41,209 nt of DNA from Chloroflexota bacterium. GTDB lineage: Bacteria; Chloroflexota; Limnocylindria; Limnocylindrales; CSP1-4. Under the pieces are notes generated by a model. The model did no database searches and was not told the origin of the DNA. It worked only from the letters and a program-made list of their open reading frames with translations. The position numbers were made by a program, and so were the translations under genes. Location: the NCBI GenBank assembly GCA_040882345.1, contig JBBEBL010000220.1:21773-62981 (forward strand), in the 5' to 3' direction. Shown piece after piece: positions 18,666 to 27,783 of this stretch (its first letter is position 1; the number at the start of each line of letters is the position of its first letter).

Positions 18666-19274
18666 GTGGGCGTCGACGCGATCGTCCGTCTCATCGAGGC
18701 CGAGGCGGCCGCCGAGGCCGAGCGGATCATCGCCACTGCGCGGGATCAGGCGGCCGGCCTTGTCGACGCCGCTGAGGCATCCGTGGTCGCCCGCGTCCGC
18801 GAGGCAGGCGAGCGGGCAGAGCCGACGTACCGTGCGGAGGCGATGCGCCTCGTGAACGCCGCACGGCTTCGGTCCCTCGAGCGTCGGGCCGCGCAGGCGG
18901 CGTCCCTCGTCGACGAGGTCATGGCCGGCGCGCAGCAGCGCCTCGCCGCGATCGTGGCCGAGCGCGGGGACCGGTGGCGGAGCGCTCTCGACCGCCTCAT
19001 CGCCGAGACGGTCAAGCTCGTCGGGTCCGATGCGGAGATCCTCGTGCGAGGGGCCGATGTCGAGATCGCGCGGCCGACGGTCGAGCGGCTCGGCTGCCGG
19101 ATCGGGGAGATCGAGATCGACGGCCCGGGTGACCGCGACGGTCTCTCGGCCGGCGTCGTCGGACGCTCGGCCGACGACCGCATCGAGGTCGATGCCACGC
19201 TCGCAGCCCGTCTCGAGCGCGCCCGGACGAACCTGTCCGAGCCGATCGCCCGACTCCTCGGCGTTCGGGCCTGA
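18666..19274 (+). CDS. atpE: V/A-type ATP synthase subunit E
   Basis: MGVDAIVRLIEAEAAAEAERII...AGVVGRSADDRIEVDATLAARL; operon position. Confidence 0.9.
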   Translation: MGVDAIVRLIEAEAAAEAERIIATARDQAAGLVDAAEASVVARVREAGERAEPTYRAEAMRLVNAARLRSLERRAAQAASLVDEVMAGAQQRLAAIVAERGDRWRSALDRLIAETVKLVGSDAEILVRGADVEIARPTVERLGCRIGEIEIDGPGDRDGLSAGVVGRSADDRIEVDATLAARLERARTNLSEPIARLLGVRA

Positions 19275-19290
19275 TGGGCGGGTGACGATC

Positions 19291-20178
19291 ATGTACGGCT
19301 ACGGCAACGCACGGATCGCCGCGCTCCGCTCGCGCCTGCTCGACGCCGCCGCGTTCCGGTATCTCTCCGAGAGCGACTCGCCGAGCGCGTACCTCGCGTT
19401 CCTCGAGCGGTCCGAGGACTGGCGCCCGATCCTTCTCGGGACGGCCTCCCTGCTCAGCGACCCGCAGGCGGCGATCGAGGCGACGATCGAGCGCTTCCGC
19501 AGCGTCCGGCTCGGGGCACTGCCGCACTGGTACGAGCCGCCGGTCCGTCACCTCGTCGAGGCGCTCGTCATGCCGCTCGATCTGGAACGCGTCGTGGCCG
19601 TGATCCGGCGTCGCGACGCGGGGGCCGCCGGCGAGTCGACCGGGAGTCCGGTCGCGGGCGGGGCACTGCTCGATGTCGCCGCGCTCGGAGCGCTCGGCCG
19701 CGCGCCCGACTCGACCGCGTTCTTCGTCGCCCTCGGGCGGATGGACCTCGTGCCGACGTTGACGGCGCGCGACGTGGCCGCCGCGATCGAGCGCGATCCT
19801 TCGAGACGCGGCGTCGAGGAGTACGTCCTCGCCCTCTTCGAGCGTGGACGGACGGCGCGCGTCTCCGGGCGCGGCGTCGATGCACGGACCGTGAGGGCGA
19901 TCCTCTCCGAGGAGAGCGAGGAACGGGAGATGATCGCCGCGGAGGTGCGCGACGGAGGATCCGACGCCGCGTGGCTGCTCGAGCGGCCGACGCACCTCGC
20001 CCGCCTGGACCGGCTTGTGCGGCGGGGCCGGCGGGACCCTCTCGGGATCGGGGCCGTCGCCGGATACGTGGCGGCCGTCGAGGCCCAGGCCATCCGGATG
20101 CGCGCGTGCCTCGCACGGGTAGCCGCCGGCTGGAGCGCCGAGGCCGTCGGTCCGTTCCTCGCCGGCGCCGAGGGCTGA
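19291..20178 (+). CDS. atpC: V/A-type ATP synthase subunit C (d)
   Basis: YGYGNARIAALRSRLL N-terminus and DPLGIGAVAGYVAAVEAQAIRMR C-terminus. Alternative GTG start at 19282. Confidence 0.88.
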   Translation: MYGYGNARIAALRSRLLDAAAFRYLSESDSPSAYLAFLERSEDWRPILLGTASLLSDPQAAIEATIERFRSVRLGALPHWYEPPVRHLVEALVMPLDLERVVAVIRRRDAGAAGESTGSPVAGGALLDVAALGALGRAPDSTAFFVALGRMDLVPTLTARDVAAAIERDPSRRGVEEYVLALFERGRTARVSGRGVDARTVRAILSEESEEREMIAAEVRDGGSDAAWLLERPTHLARLDRLVRRGRRDPLGIGAVAGYVAAVEAQAIRMRACLARVAAGWSAEAVGPFLAGAEG

Positions 20179-20181
20179 CCG

Positions 20182-20520
20182 GTGGCCCGCCTCGTCGTCA
20201 TCGCCGGCCCGGCGCTCGCCGACGGCTTCCGCCTCGCGGGATCCGCGACGGTGACGGCGCGCCCGGGCACCGAGGCGCTCGCGGCGGTCCGCAGCGTCCT
20301 GGCCGAGGGGGACGTGGGGCTCGTCCTGGTGACCGCCGACCTGTGGGCCGGACTCGAGGATCGCCTCCGCGACACACTCGAGCACTCGGCGCGGCCGATC
20401 GTCCTGCCGATCCCCGCCGGGGTCGTCACCGACCCGACGACGCGGCGCCAACTCCTCGGCGAGATGCTCGAACGGGCGATCGGGTATCGCATCGAGCTGT
20501 CCGGGGGGGAGCGGTCGTGA
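20182..20520 (+). CDS. atpF: V/A-type ATP synthase subunit F
   Basis: LVVIAGPALADGFRLAG...PIVLPIP...MLERAIGYRIEL. Confidence 0.92.
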   Translation: MARLVVIAGPALADGFRLAGSATVTARPGTEALAAVRSVLAEGDVGLVLVTADLWAGLEDRLRDTLEHSARPIVLPIPAGVVTDPTTRRQLLGEMLERAIGYRIELSGGERS

Positions 20521-22313
20521 CCGGGCGCGCGGCGCACGGAACGGTGGCCGGTGCCGTGGGACCCGTCGTCCGGGCGGTCGGACTCGATGACGCGGTGGTC
20601 GGGGAGGTCGTCCACATCGGCCGGCAGCGGCTCCTCGGCGAGATCATCGGCCTGGCCGGGGGCGATGCGACGATCCAGGTCTACGAGGAGACGGGAGGCC
20701 TCCAGGTCGGCGACCCGGTCGCGCTGACCGGAGCACCGCTCCGGGCGAGGCTCGGACCCGGACTCCTGGGCGCGACGTTCGACGGCCTCCAGCGGCCGCT
20801 CGATCGGCTGGCGCACGCCGGACGCTGGCTTCTCCTCCCCGGCGCCGCCGGCGAGGCCGGTGCAGCGGGCACGACAGGCACGCCCGGTGGCGCCGACGCA
20901 CGCCGCTGGCGCTTCGAGCCCGGTCGGCGCACGGGCGACGCGGTCGTGGCCGGCGACGTGCTCGGAACGGTGGTCGAGGGCCCGATCCATCACCGGATCC
21001 TCGTCCCGCCGGACGTCCCCGGAGGGACGATCCGCGACCTCGATCCCGGGAGCTACGGTGCGGACGAGCGGATCGGCCGGCTCGAGACCGGGACGGGACC
21101 GGTCGATCTGCGTCTCAGCCACGACTGGGCGATCCGGCGACCACGACCCGCCCGCCGACGCCTCGGTGCGGAGCGACCTCTCGTCACCGGTCAGCGGGTC
21201 TTCGACATGCTCTTTCCGATCGCGATGGGCGGGACGGCGGTCATCCCCGGCGGCTTCGGGACCGGCAAGACCGTCGTCGAGCAGGCCCTCGCGCGCTGGT
21301 CGGACGCGGATGTCGTCGTGTATGTCGGGTGCGGCGAACGCGGCAACGAGATGGCCGAACTCCTTGCAAGCTTCCCGGATCTGGTCGATCCCCGGACCGG
21401 CGACCCGCTCCTCGCCCGGACGGTCCTCATCGCGAACACGTCGAACATGCCCGTCGCGGCGCGCGAGGCATCGGTCCAGCTCGGGATGACGATCGCCGAG
21501 TACTTCCGTGATCAGGGTCTTGCCGTCGCGCTCCTCGCAGACTCGACGAGCCGCTGGGCCGAGGCGCTCCGGGAGATCAGCGGCCGGCTCGAGGAATTGC
21601 CCGGTGAGGAGGGTTTCCCGGCATATCTCGGGAGCCGGCTCGCGGCCTTCTACGAGCGTGCCGGTCGGGTCGAGGCGCTCGGCACCCCGGAGCGGATCGG
21701 ATCGATCACCCTCGTCGGGGCCGTCTCTCCTCCGGGTGGCGACTTCAGCGAGCCGGTGACCCAGGCGAGCCTCCGCCTCGCCGGGACGTTCTGGGCACTC
21801 GATGTCGGTCTCGCCCATGCCCGGCACTTCCCGGCGGTCGGATGGACGCAGTCGTACTCGCTCTACGTCGACGCCCTGTCGACGTGGTACGCGGACCACG
21901 TCGATCCGGCGTGGGCGGAGCGTCGGGCGGAGGCGATCGGGTTGCTCGCACGAGAGAAGCAGCTCCTCGACATCGTGCAGCTCGTCGGCGCCGATGCTCT
22001 GCCCACCGCGGACCGGGTCGACCTCGAGACCGCCCGGCTCATGCGCGAGACGTTCCTTCAGCAGCACGCCTTCGATCCTGTCGACGCCTCGCGGCCTCTC
22101 GACGTCCAGTTCGGCCTCCTCCGGGCGGTCCTCGCGGCGAGGACGGGCCTGCGCGCCGCGCTCGACCGGGGCATCACCCTGGAGACGGCGCTCGAGGCGC
22201 CGGCCCTCGACGAGCTCCGCCGAGCGCGGTACTGGGCGGGCGACGACGTCGAGCCACGCCTCGCGGAACTGACGGAGCGGCTCCTCGCACTCGGTGGGGA
22301 GATCGGGTCATGA
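20517..22313 (+). CDS. atpA: V/A-type ATP synthase catalytic subunit A
   Basis: [11 protein letters not shown]-loop [59 protein letters not shown]. Confidence 0.97.
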   Translation: MTGRAAHGTVAGAVGPVVRAVGLDDAVVGEVVHIGRQRLLGEIIGLAGGDATIQVYEETGGLQVGDPVALTGAPLRARLGPGLLGATFDGLQRPLDRLAHAGRWLLLPGAAGEAGAAGTTGTPGGADARRWRFEPGRRTGDAVVAGDVLGTVVEGPIHHRILVPPDVPGGTIRDLDPGSYGADERIGRLETGTGPVDLRLSHDWAIRRPRPARRRLGAERPLVTGQRVFDMLFPIAMGGTAVIPGGFGTGKTVVEQALARWSDADVVVYVGCGERGNEMAELLASFPDLVDPRTGDPLLARTVLIANTSNMPVAAREASVQLGMTIAEYFRDQGLAVALLADSTSRWAEALREISGRLEELPGEEGFPAYLGSRLAAFYERAGRVEALGTPERIGSITLVGAVSPPGGDFSEPVTQASLRLAGTFWALDVGLAHARHFPAVGWTQSYSLYVDALSTWYADHVDPAWAERRAEAIGLLAREKQLLDIVQLVGADALPTADRVDLETARLMRETFLQQHAFDPVDASRPLDVQFGLLRAVLAARTGLRAALDRGITLETALEAPALDELRRARYWAGDDVEPRLAELTERLLALGGEIGS

Positions 22314-23698
22314 CCCTCTCGAAGCGCCGTCTCCGCGGCGTCGAGCGTCTCTCCGGACCGCTCCTCGTCGTCCGCCGGGCGCCGGGCGTCGCGCTCGGCG
22401 AGGATGTCCGCGTCGAGGGTGTCGACGGCGCGGTCCGGCATGGCCAGGTCGTCGAGCTCCAGCCCGATCTCGCGGTCGTCCAGGTGTACGAGGGGACCGC
22501 CGGCCTCGCCCTTGATTCGACGCGCGTCGAGCTGACCGGCCAGCCGTTCCGGCTGGGCGTCACGTCGCGGATGCTCGGGCGGGTCATGGATGGCCGTGGG
22601 CGTCCCATCGACGACGGCCCGCCCATCACGCCGCTCGTCCTCGCCGATGTGAACGGCGGCGCGATCAACCCGGCCTCGCGCGATCATCCGTCCGACCTCA
22701 TCGAGACCGGTGTCAGTGCGATCGACCTCCTCGCCAGCCTCGTCCGCGGCCAGAAGCTGCCGATCTTCACCGGCGCCGGACTCCCTGCGAACGGCCTCGC
22801 GGCCCGCATCGCGACGGGAGCACGGGTCCTGGGCGAGGAGCGCTTCGTCACGATCTTCGCGGCGATGGGGATCACCCGCCGGGAGGCGGACTTCTTCCGG
22901 GAGGCGTTCGCGAGCTCCGGCACTCTCGATCGCCTCGCGTTCTTCCTCAACCTCGCCGACGACCCGACGATCGAGCGCCTCCTCACGCCGCGGTGCGCGC
23001 TGACCCTTGGCGAGCATCTCGCGTTCGAACTCGGACTGAACGTCCTCGTCGTCCTGACCGACGTGCTCGCGTACGGCGAGGCGCTCCGGGAGCTCGGCAC
23101 CGCGCGCGAGGAGATCCCGAGCCGGCGCGGGTACCCCGGCTACCTCTACACCGACCTCGCGACGCTCTTCGAGAGGGCGGGACGGGTCCACGGCCGGCCG
23201 GGCTCGCTCACGATCCTGCCGATCGTGACGATGCCGGACGACGACATCACGCATCCGATCCCCGATCTCACCGGCTACATCACGGAGGGGCAGATCGTCC
23301 TGTCGCGTGACCTTCACGGTCGCGGTGTCGAGCCGCCGATCGACGTGCTGCCCTGCCTCTCCCGCGTAATGAACGCCGGTATCGGCGAGGGGCGGACCCG
23401 GCCCGAGCACCGGGCGGTCGCCGACCAGCTGTATGCCCTGTATGCGAGAGGCAGGGAGCTGCGCAATCTGGTCACGGTCATCGGCGAGGCGGCGCTCTCG
23501 GCCTCGGAGCGGCGGATCCTCGACTTCGCCGACCGGTTCGAGCTCGTGTTCGTCGGCCAGGGCGTCGAGCGGCGGACACTCGACGAGAGCTTCGACGTCG
23601 CATGGCGGCTTCTCGGAACGCTGCCGCGCGAGGAGCTGACCCGGCTGCCGGCCGATGTCGTCGACGCGAACCTCGGGACACCGGAGGTGGGCGGGTGA
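22310..23698 (+). CDS. atpB: V/A-type ATP synthase subunit B
   Basis: VRGQKLPIF, NLADDPTIER, PSRRGYPGYLYTDLATLFERAG, MPDDDITHPIPDLTGYITEGQI. Confidence 0.97.
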   Translation: MTLSKRRLRGVERLSGPLLVVRRAPGVALGEDVRVEGVDGAVRHGQVVELQPDLAVVQVYEGTAGLALDSTRVELTGQPFRLGVTSRMLGRVMDGRGRPIDDGPPITPLVLADVNGGAINPASRDHPSDLIETGVSAIDLLASLVRGQKLPIFTGAGLPANGLAARIATGARVLGEERFVTIFAAMGITRREADFFREAFASSGTLDRLAFFLNLADDPTIERLLTPRCALTLGEHLAFELGLNVLVVLTDVLAYGEALRELGTAREEIPSRRGYPGYLYTDLATLFERAGRVHGRPGSLTILPIVTMPDDDITHPIPDLTGYITEGQIVLSRDLHGRGVEPPIDVLPCLSRVMNAGIGEGRTRPEHRAVADQLYALYARGRELRNLVTVIGEAALSASERRILDFADRFELVFVGQGVERRTLDESFDVAWRLLGTLPREELTRLPADVVDANLGTPEVGG

Positions 23699-24333
23699 GC
23701 CGGGCCGCGACACGGATGGCGCTTCTCACGGGCCGATCCCGGCTCGCGCTGGCACGTCAGGGACGCGACCTCCTCGAGCAGAAGCGGGACGCGCTCCTCC
23801 GCGAGTTCTACCGGGACGTGCGGACGATCGTCGCCCAGCGCGACGAGCTGGAGGCGGCGGCCGGAGCCGCCCGCGTCGCCCTCGACTCCGCCCGGGTCTG
23901 GCTCGGTCAGGAGCAGGTGGCGGCTGCCGCCCTCGCCGCGACCGGCGAGATCGCCGTGGAGCTCGATCCGACGACCGTCATGGGCGTGCCGGTCCCCGCC
24001 GTCACCCCGCGCGACCTCGTGCGCCGCCCATCCGCACGGGATCGCTCTCCGCACGTCTCGGGACCCAGTCTCGAGGTCGTCGCGCAGCGCTTCGAGGAGG
24101 AGCTGACGATCGCGATCCGTCTCGCGACGATGGAGGCACGCGTGCGGCGGCTCGCCCGGGAGATCCGTCGGACGAGCAGCCGCGTGAACGCCCTCCGGAC
24201 GCGAGTGATCCCGGGCCTCGAGGCGGACACGCGAGCCATCGAGCTCGGCCTCGAGCAGCGCGAGCGGGAGGATCGCTTTCGGCTCAAACGGGTGAAGGCG
24301 GCGCGCGCCCGTGCCGGCACGGCCGCCCGGTGA
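23695..24333 (+). CDS. atpD: V/A-type ATP synthase subunit D
   Basis: ATRMALL...ARQGRDLLEQKRDAL...RRTSSRVNAL...LEQREREDRFRLKRVK. Confidence 0.95.
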   Translation: MSRAATRMALLTGRSRLALARQGRDLLEQKRDALLREFYRDVRTIVAQRDELEAAAGAARVALDSARVWLGQEQVAAAALAATGEIAVELDPTTVMGVPVPAVTPRDLVRRPSARDRSPHVSGPSLEVVAQRFEEELTIAIRLATMEARVRRLAREIRRTSSRVNALRTRVIPGLEADTRAIELGLEQREREDRFRLKRVKAARARAGTAAR

Positions 24334-24461
24334 CGGGCGGTCTCGTCGGCCAGCCGAGCGCAGGCGCGGGCCGGGTCGACGGCGAGGAACGCGTGCAGGT
24401 GCGCACCGGCCGCGAGCGTCTCGCCGGTTCGAAGGGCCTAGGGCCAGCGCGATCCCATAAC

Positions 24462-24587
24462 TGGGTCGGGCGCTGGACGGCGGAGGAGGGGCGCCACGCC
24501 ATCGTCCTCCGCGACTGTCTGACCGTCACGCGGAACATCGATCCCGTACTCATCGAACGGGGTCGGATGACCCAGCTCCAGCAGGGG
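24462..24587 (+). pseudogene. Internal fragment of an acyl-ACP desaturase (ferritin-like di-iron, DesA-type)
   Basis: WVGRWTAEEGRHAIVLRDCLTVTRNIDPVLIERGRM matches the WTAEExRH first iron-binding helix of acyl-ACP desaturases. No start codon and no second ExxH nearby. Confidence 0.7.
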
Positions 24588-24644
24588 CCGTTTGGCCCGG
24601 TCTGGTCCCATGCCGGTCCCGGCCTGCCGTGACCCGCGGCACTG

Positions 24645-24660
24645 ATGCGCAGATGCGCAT
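24645..24660. promoter_or_regulatory. Palindromic operator candidate for the ArsR regulator
   Basis: ATGCGCA-GA-TGCGCAT, a perfect 7-2-7 inverted repeat directly upstream of arsR. Confidence 0.65.
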
Positions 24661-24678
24661 GTGTCCGATGCTCTGGTC

Positions 24679-25029
24679 ATGGACGAGATCACCATCCTCC
24701 AGGCTGAAGTCCTCAAGACCCTGGCCAGTCCGCGCCGGCTCGAGATCCTGCACCGACTCGCCGATGGCCCGCGCGAAGTGGGCCGCCTGGCCGCCGACCT
24801 CGGCCTGAGCCAGCCCAACGTTTCGCAGCACCTGGCCGTCATGCGTGCGGCCGGGATCGTGGACGCCGAGCGCGTGGGCCGCGAGGCCCGCTACCGCCTG
24901 TCCGATCCGGACGTGATGGTCGCGTGCGGCGTCATGCGCGCCGTCCTGGAGCGTCGACTTCACCGCCTGGCCGCGCTCTCCATCAGTCACGAGTCATCGC
25001 CACCCATCGCCAGCGCACGCACGAGGTAG
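24679..25029 (+). CDS. ArsR/SmtB-family transcriptional repressor
   Basis: LKTLASPRRLEIL...LSQPNVSQHLAVMRAAGIVDAERVGREARYRL; single Cys in the C-terminal helix. Alternative GTG start at 24661. Confidence 0.92.
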   Translation: MDEITILQAEVLKTLASPRRLEILHRLADGPREVGRLAADLGLSQPNVSQHLAVMRAAGIVDAERVGREARYRLSDPDVMVACGVMRAVLERRLHRLAALSISHESSPPIASARTR

Positions 25030-25037
25030 CCCGACCC

Positions 25038-25451
25038 ATGGACGAATCCATCAACCTGGTCCTCTTTTCCGGTACGGACGACAAGCTGCAGGCCGCCGCG
25101 GTCCTCGCCGCCGGCGCCGCGGCCCTCGGCAAGCCGGTCAACATCTTCCTCCAGTACTGGGCGCTTGACGCGTTCCGCGCGGACCGCATGAACCGTGACC
25201 ACGGCCTTGCCCCGGAGGCCGGTCCGGAGGGCCGCAAGGCCGTGGATGCCCTCGCGGCGGCCGGCCAGGCCAGCTGGGCTGACACGCTCCGCCAGGCCAA
25301 GGAACTGGGCTCCGTTGACATCCAGGCGTGCTCGCTGTCCATGGACCTGCTGCACCTGGAAGACGCGGACCTGGACTCCCTCGTGGATGGCGTGGAAGGC
25401 GTGACCTCCTTCTACCTCAACGCCGGCGAGGGCCAGCTCGTATTCATCTGA
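25038..25451 (+). CDS. DsrE/DsrF/DrsH-like (DrsE_2) sulfur carrier
   Basis: LVLFSGTDDKL...GAAALGKPVNIFLQYWAL...IQACSLSMDLL...GVTSF...LVFI. Confidence 0.88.
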   Translation: MDESINLVLFSGTDDKLQAAAVLAAGAAALGKPVNIFLQYWALDAFRADRMNRDHGLAPEAGPEGRKAVDALAAAGQASWADTLRQAKELGSVDIQACSLSMDLLHLEDADLDSLVDGVEGVTSFYLNAGEGQLVFI

Positions 25452-25486
25452 CCACACGACCCACCGACCACCATAAGGAGCCTGCC

Positions 25487-25723
25487 ATGGCAACACTCGA
25501 GATCACCCAGACTGTTGACGCCAAGGGCCTGTCCTGCCCGATGCCCATCGTCAAGACGGCCCAGGCCGTCAAGACGCTCGCATCCGGCGCGCTGCTGGAG
25601 GTCCTGGCCACGGACCCGGGGTCCGTCAAGGACTTCGCCGCGTGGTCTCGTTCCACCGGCAACGAGCTCGTCGAGCAGACCGTGGACGGCGCGGTCTTCC
25701 GCTTCGTCATCCGTCGGAAGTGA
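25487..25723 (+). CDS. tusA: TusA/SirA-family sulfurtransferase (CPMP)
   Basis: VDAKGLSCPMPIVK...LEVLATDPGSVKDFAAW; AAGGAG RBS. Confidence 0.93.
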   Translation: MATLEITQTVDAKGLSCPMPIVKTAQAVKTLASGALLEVLATDPGSVKDFAAWSRSTGNELVEQTVDGAVFRFVIRRK

Positions 25724-25731
25724 GGCCAGCC

Positions 25732-26301
25732 ATGACCACCGCGATCCTTGAACCAGCAGTCGATGCCGATGTGCCCGTCGCCCTTCCGGCGACCGAACCA
25801 GCCCCGGCGCCGGACGGTGCCGTTCGACCCAAGGACATCCTGATCATCGATTTCAGCGGCGACCTGGAGAAGGTCTGGGCGACCATGATCCTGGCCTCCA
25901 CGAGCGCCGCCATGGGCGTGAAGACCCGGGTCTTCGTGACCTTCTGGGGCCTGCCCGTCTTCGTCAAGGACTCGAAGCGGATCACGGGCGAGAACTGGAT
26001 GCAGAAGATGCTGTCCGCCATGCAGCGTCCCGGGATCAGCCACCGCAAGCTCAGCTCGATGAACTTCCTTGGCATGGGGCCATGGATGATGCGCCAGCTC
26101 GCGAAGAAGTACCACGTGGCGAGCCCCAAGGAACTCCTGGAGGCCGCCCAGCTCATGGGCGTCGAGTTCATCCCGTGCCAGATGACCATGGACATGTTCG
26201 GGCTCAAGCCGGACGACATGATCGAGGGCATGAGCGAGCCCGTCGGCGCCGCCACCGTCATCGGCCTGATGACGGAAGACTCCGTCCCCCTGTTCATCTG
26301 A
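25732..26301 (+). CDS. DsrE2/YrkE-like sulfur carrier
   Basis: FSGDLEK...AAMGVKTRVFVTFWGL...LSSMNFLGMGPWMM...IPCQMTMDMFG...GAAT...LFI. Confidence 0.9.
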   Translation: MTTAILEPAVDADVPVALPATEPAPAPDGAVRPKDILIIDFSGDLEKVWATMILASTSAAMGVKTRVFVTFWGLPVFVKDSKRITGENWMQKMLSAMQRPGISHRKLSSMNFLGMGPWMMRQLAKKYHVASPKELLEAAQLMGVEFIPCQMTMDMFGLKPDDMIEGMSEPVGAATVIGLMTEDSVPLFI

Positions 26302-26330
26302 ACGACCAAGCGAAGGAACGCGTGAGCGAC

Positions 26331-26576
26331 ATGACCGAAACCGCCGTGACCATCACCCGCACCGTCGACGCCCGCGGCAGCTTCTGCCCGGGACCGTTGA
26401 TGGAGCTCATCCGTGCCATCCGCGAGAGCGAGGTCGGTGACGTGCTCGCCGTCCTGTCCTCTGACAAGGGATCCAAGGCGGACATCCCCAAGTGGGTGGA
26501 GAAGGCCGGCCATCGCCTGGTCACCCTCGAAACCCGCGACGGCTACGACGAGATCGTCGTCGAGAAGCTCCGGTAA
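26331..26576 (+). CDS. tusA: Second TusA-family sulfurtransferase (CPGP)
   Basis: VDARGSFCPGPLMELIRAI...VLSSDKGSKADIPKW. Confidence 0.92.
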   Translation: MTETAVTITRTVDARGSFCPGPLMELIRAIRESEVGDVLAVLSSDKGSKADIPKWVEKAGHRLVTLETRDGYDEIVVEKLR

Positions 26577-26586
26577 GGGGGCCACC

Positions 26587-27744
26587 ATGCAGCGCATCGT
26601 CATCCTGGGCGGCGGGGTCGGGGGGACCCTGACCGCGAACCTCCTGAGTCGCAAGCTGAAGAAGCCGATCGACGCCGGCGACGTCGAGGTCGTCGTCGTC
26701 GACGCCACGGGGAGCCACGTCTATCAACCCGGCTTCATGTACATCGCCATGGGCGGCGAGCGAGCGGCCAACCTCGCCCGGCCGGAGCGGTCGCTCCTGG
26801 ACAAGCGCGTGACGCTGCTGGTCGGCGAGGTCGTCGCCGTGGATGAGTCCCGCCAGCACATCGAACTCGCTGACGGCATGTCGCTTGGCTATGACCAACT
26901 CGTCCTCGCGACGGGATCGCGCATCGTGCCGGAGGCCATCGAGCACTTCGCGGAGGAGGCCCACCACTTCTACACGGCGGAAGCCGCGTCTCGATTGCGC
27001 ACCGCGCTCGACGCGTTCACCGGCGGCCGGATCGTCATCGGCATCGCGGGGATGCCCTACAAGTGCCCGCCGGCACCCCTGGAGGTCGCGTTCCTCATCG
27101 AGTCGGAGCTGCGCGACCGGGGTCTGCGCGACGCGTCAGAGCTGCACTTCTGCTCGCCGATCGGGCGCGCCTTCACCATCGAGAGCGTGTCCGACATGGC
27201 GACACCGATCCTCGAGGAGAAGGGCATCGATCTGCACACGTTCTTCAACGTCGAGACGATCGACCCCGAGCGCAAGGTCGTCCAGAGCCTGGAAGGGGAG
27301 GAGCTGCCGTACGACCTGCTCATCCTCGTGCCGCCGCACAAGGGCCAGCAGTTCCTGATGGACTCCGGCCTGGCGCCGGCGCCCGGGGGCTGGCTCCCGA
27401 CGGACCGGCATACCCTGGAGGTCGGCGGCCGGCCCAACGTGTATGCGCTGGGCGACGCCACGGACCTGCCGCTCTCCAAGGCCGGGTCCACGGCCCACTT
27501 CGAGGCCCCCGTGGTCGCCGAGCGGATCGCCGCCCGGGTGATGGGCCGCGCGCCCTCCGGCAAGCATGCCGACTACGAGGGCAAGGTCATGTGCTTCTTC
27601 GAGATCGGTGACGGCAAGGGCACGCTCCTCCAGTTCGACTACGAGCACCCGCCCAAGCCACCGAAGCCGAACCAGTTGTGGCACCTTGGCAAGATCGTCT
27701 TCAACAAGACGTACTGGCACACGGTCCCCAAGGGCCGGGTCTGA
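26587..27744 (+). CDS. sqr: Sulfide:quinone oxidoreductase-family flavoprotein (short, type III-like)
   Basis: GGGVGG FAD motif, HVYQPG, YKCPPAPLE, YALGDATD, SKAGSTAHFE, YEGKVMCFFE; 385 aa. Confidence 0.85.
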   Translation: MQRIVILGGGVGGTLTANLLSRKLKKPIDAGDVEVVVVDATGSHVYQPGFMYIAMGGERAANLARPERSLLDKRVTLLVGEVVAVDESRQHIELADGMSLGYDQLVLATGSRIVPEAIEHFAEEAHHFYTAEAASRLRTALDAFTGGRIVIGIAGMPYKCPPAPLEVAFLIESELRDRGLRDASELHFCSPIGRAFTIESVSDMATPILEEKGIDLHTFFNVETIDPERKVVQSLEGEELPYDLLILVPPHKGQQFLMDSGLAPAPGGWLPTDRHTLEVGGRPNVYALGDATDLPLSKAGSTAHFEAPVVAERIAARVMGRAPSGKHADYEGKVMCFFEIGDGKGTLLQFDYEHPPKPPKPNQLWHLGKIVFNKTYWHTVPKGRV

Positions 27745-27783
27745 GCCGGGACGCGACGCGGCATCTGCCGGGGAGGCATGACG

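Noticed and set aside
19548-23713. Long antisense ORFs (839 aa and 551 aa) over atpA/atpB, and similar ones over mrpD, atpI, the MFS gene and sufB
   Set aside because: Expected stop-poor reverse frames in very high-GC DNA; no recognisable motifs.
24560-24598. GGGTC-GGAT-GACCC and GGGCC-GTTT-GGCCC as Dev boxes for the sulfur operon
   Set aside because: The first lies inside the desaturase remnant and the second at its edge, without the 23-nt spacing to a -10 element. Direct DevR control of the sulfur operon is therefore not supported, though not excluded.
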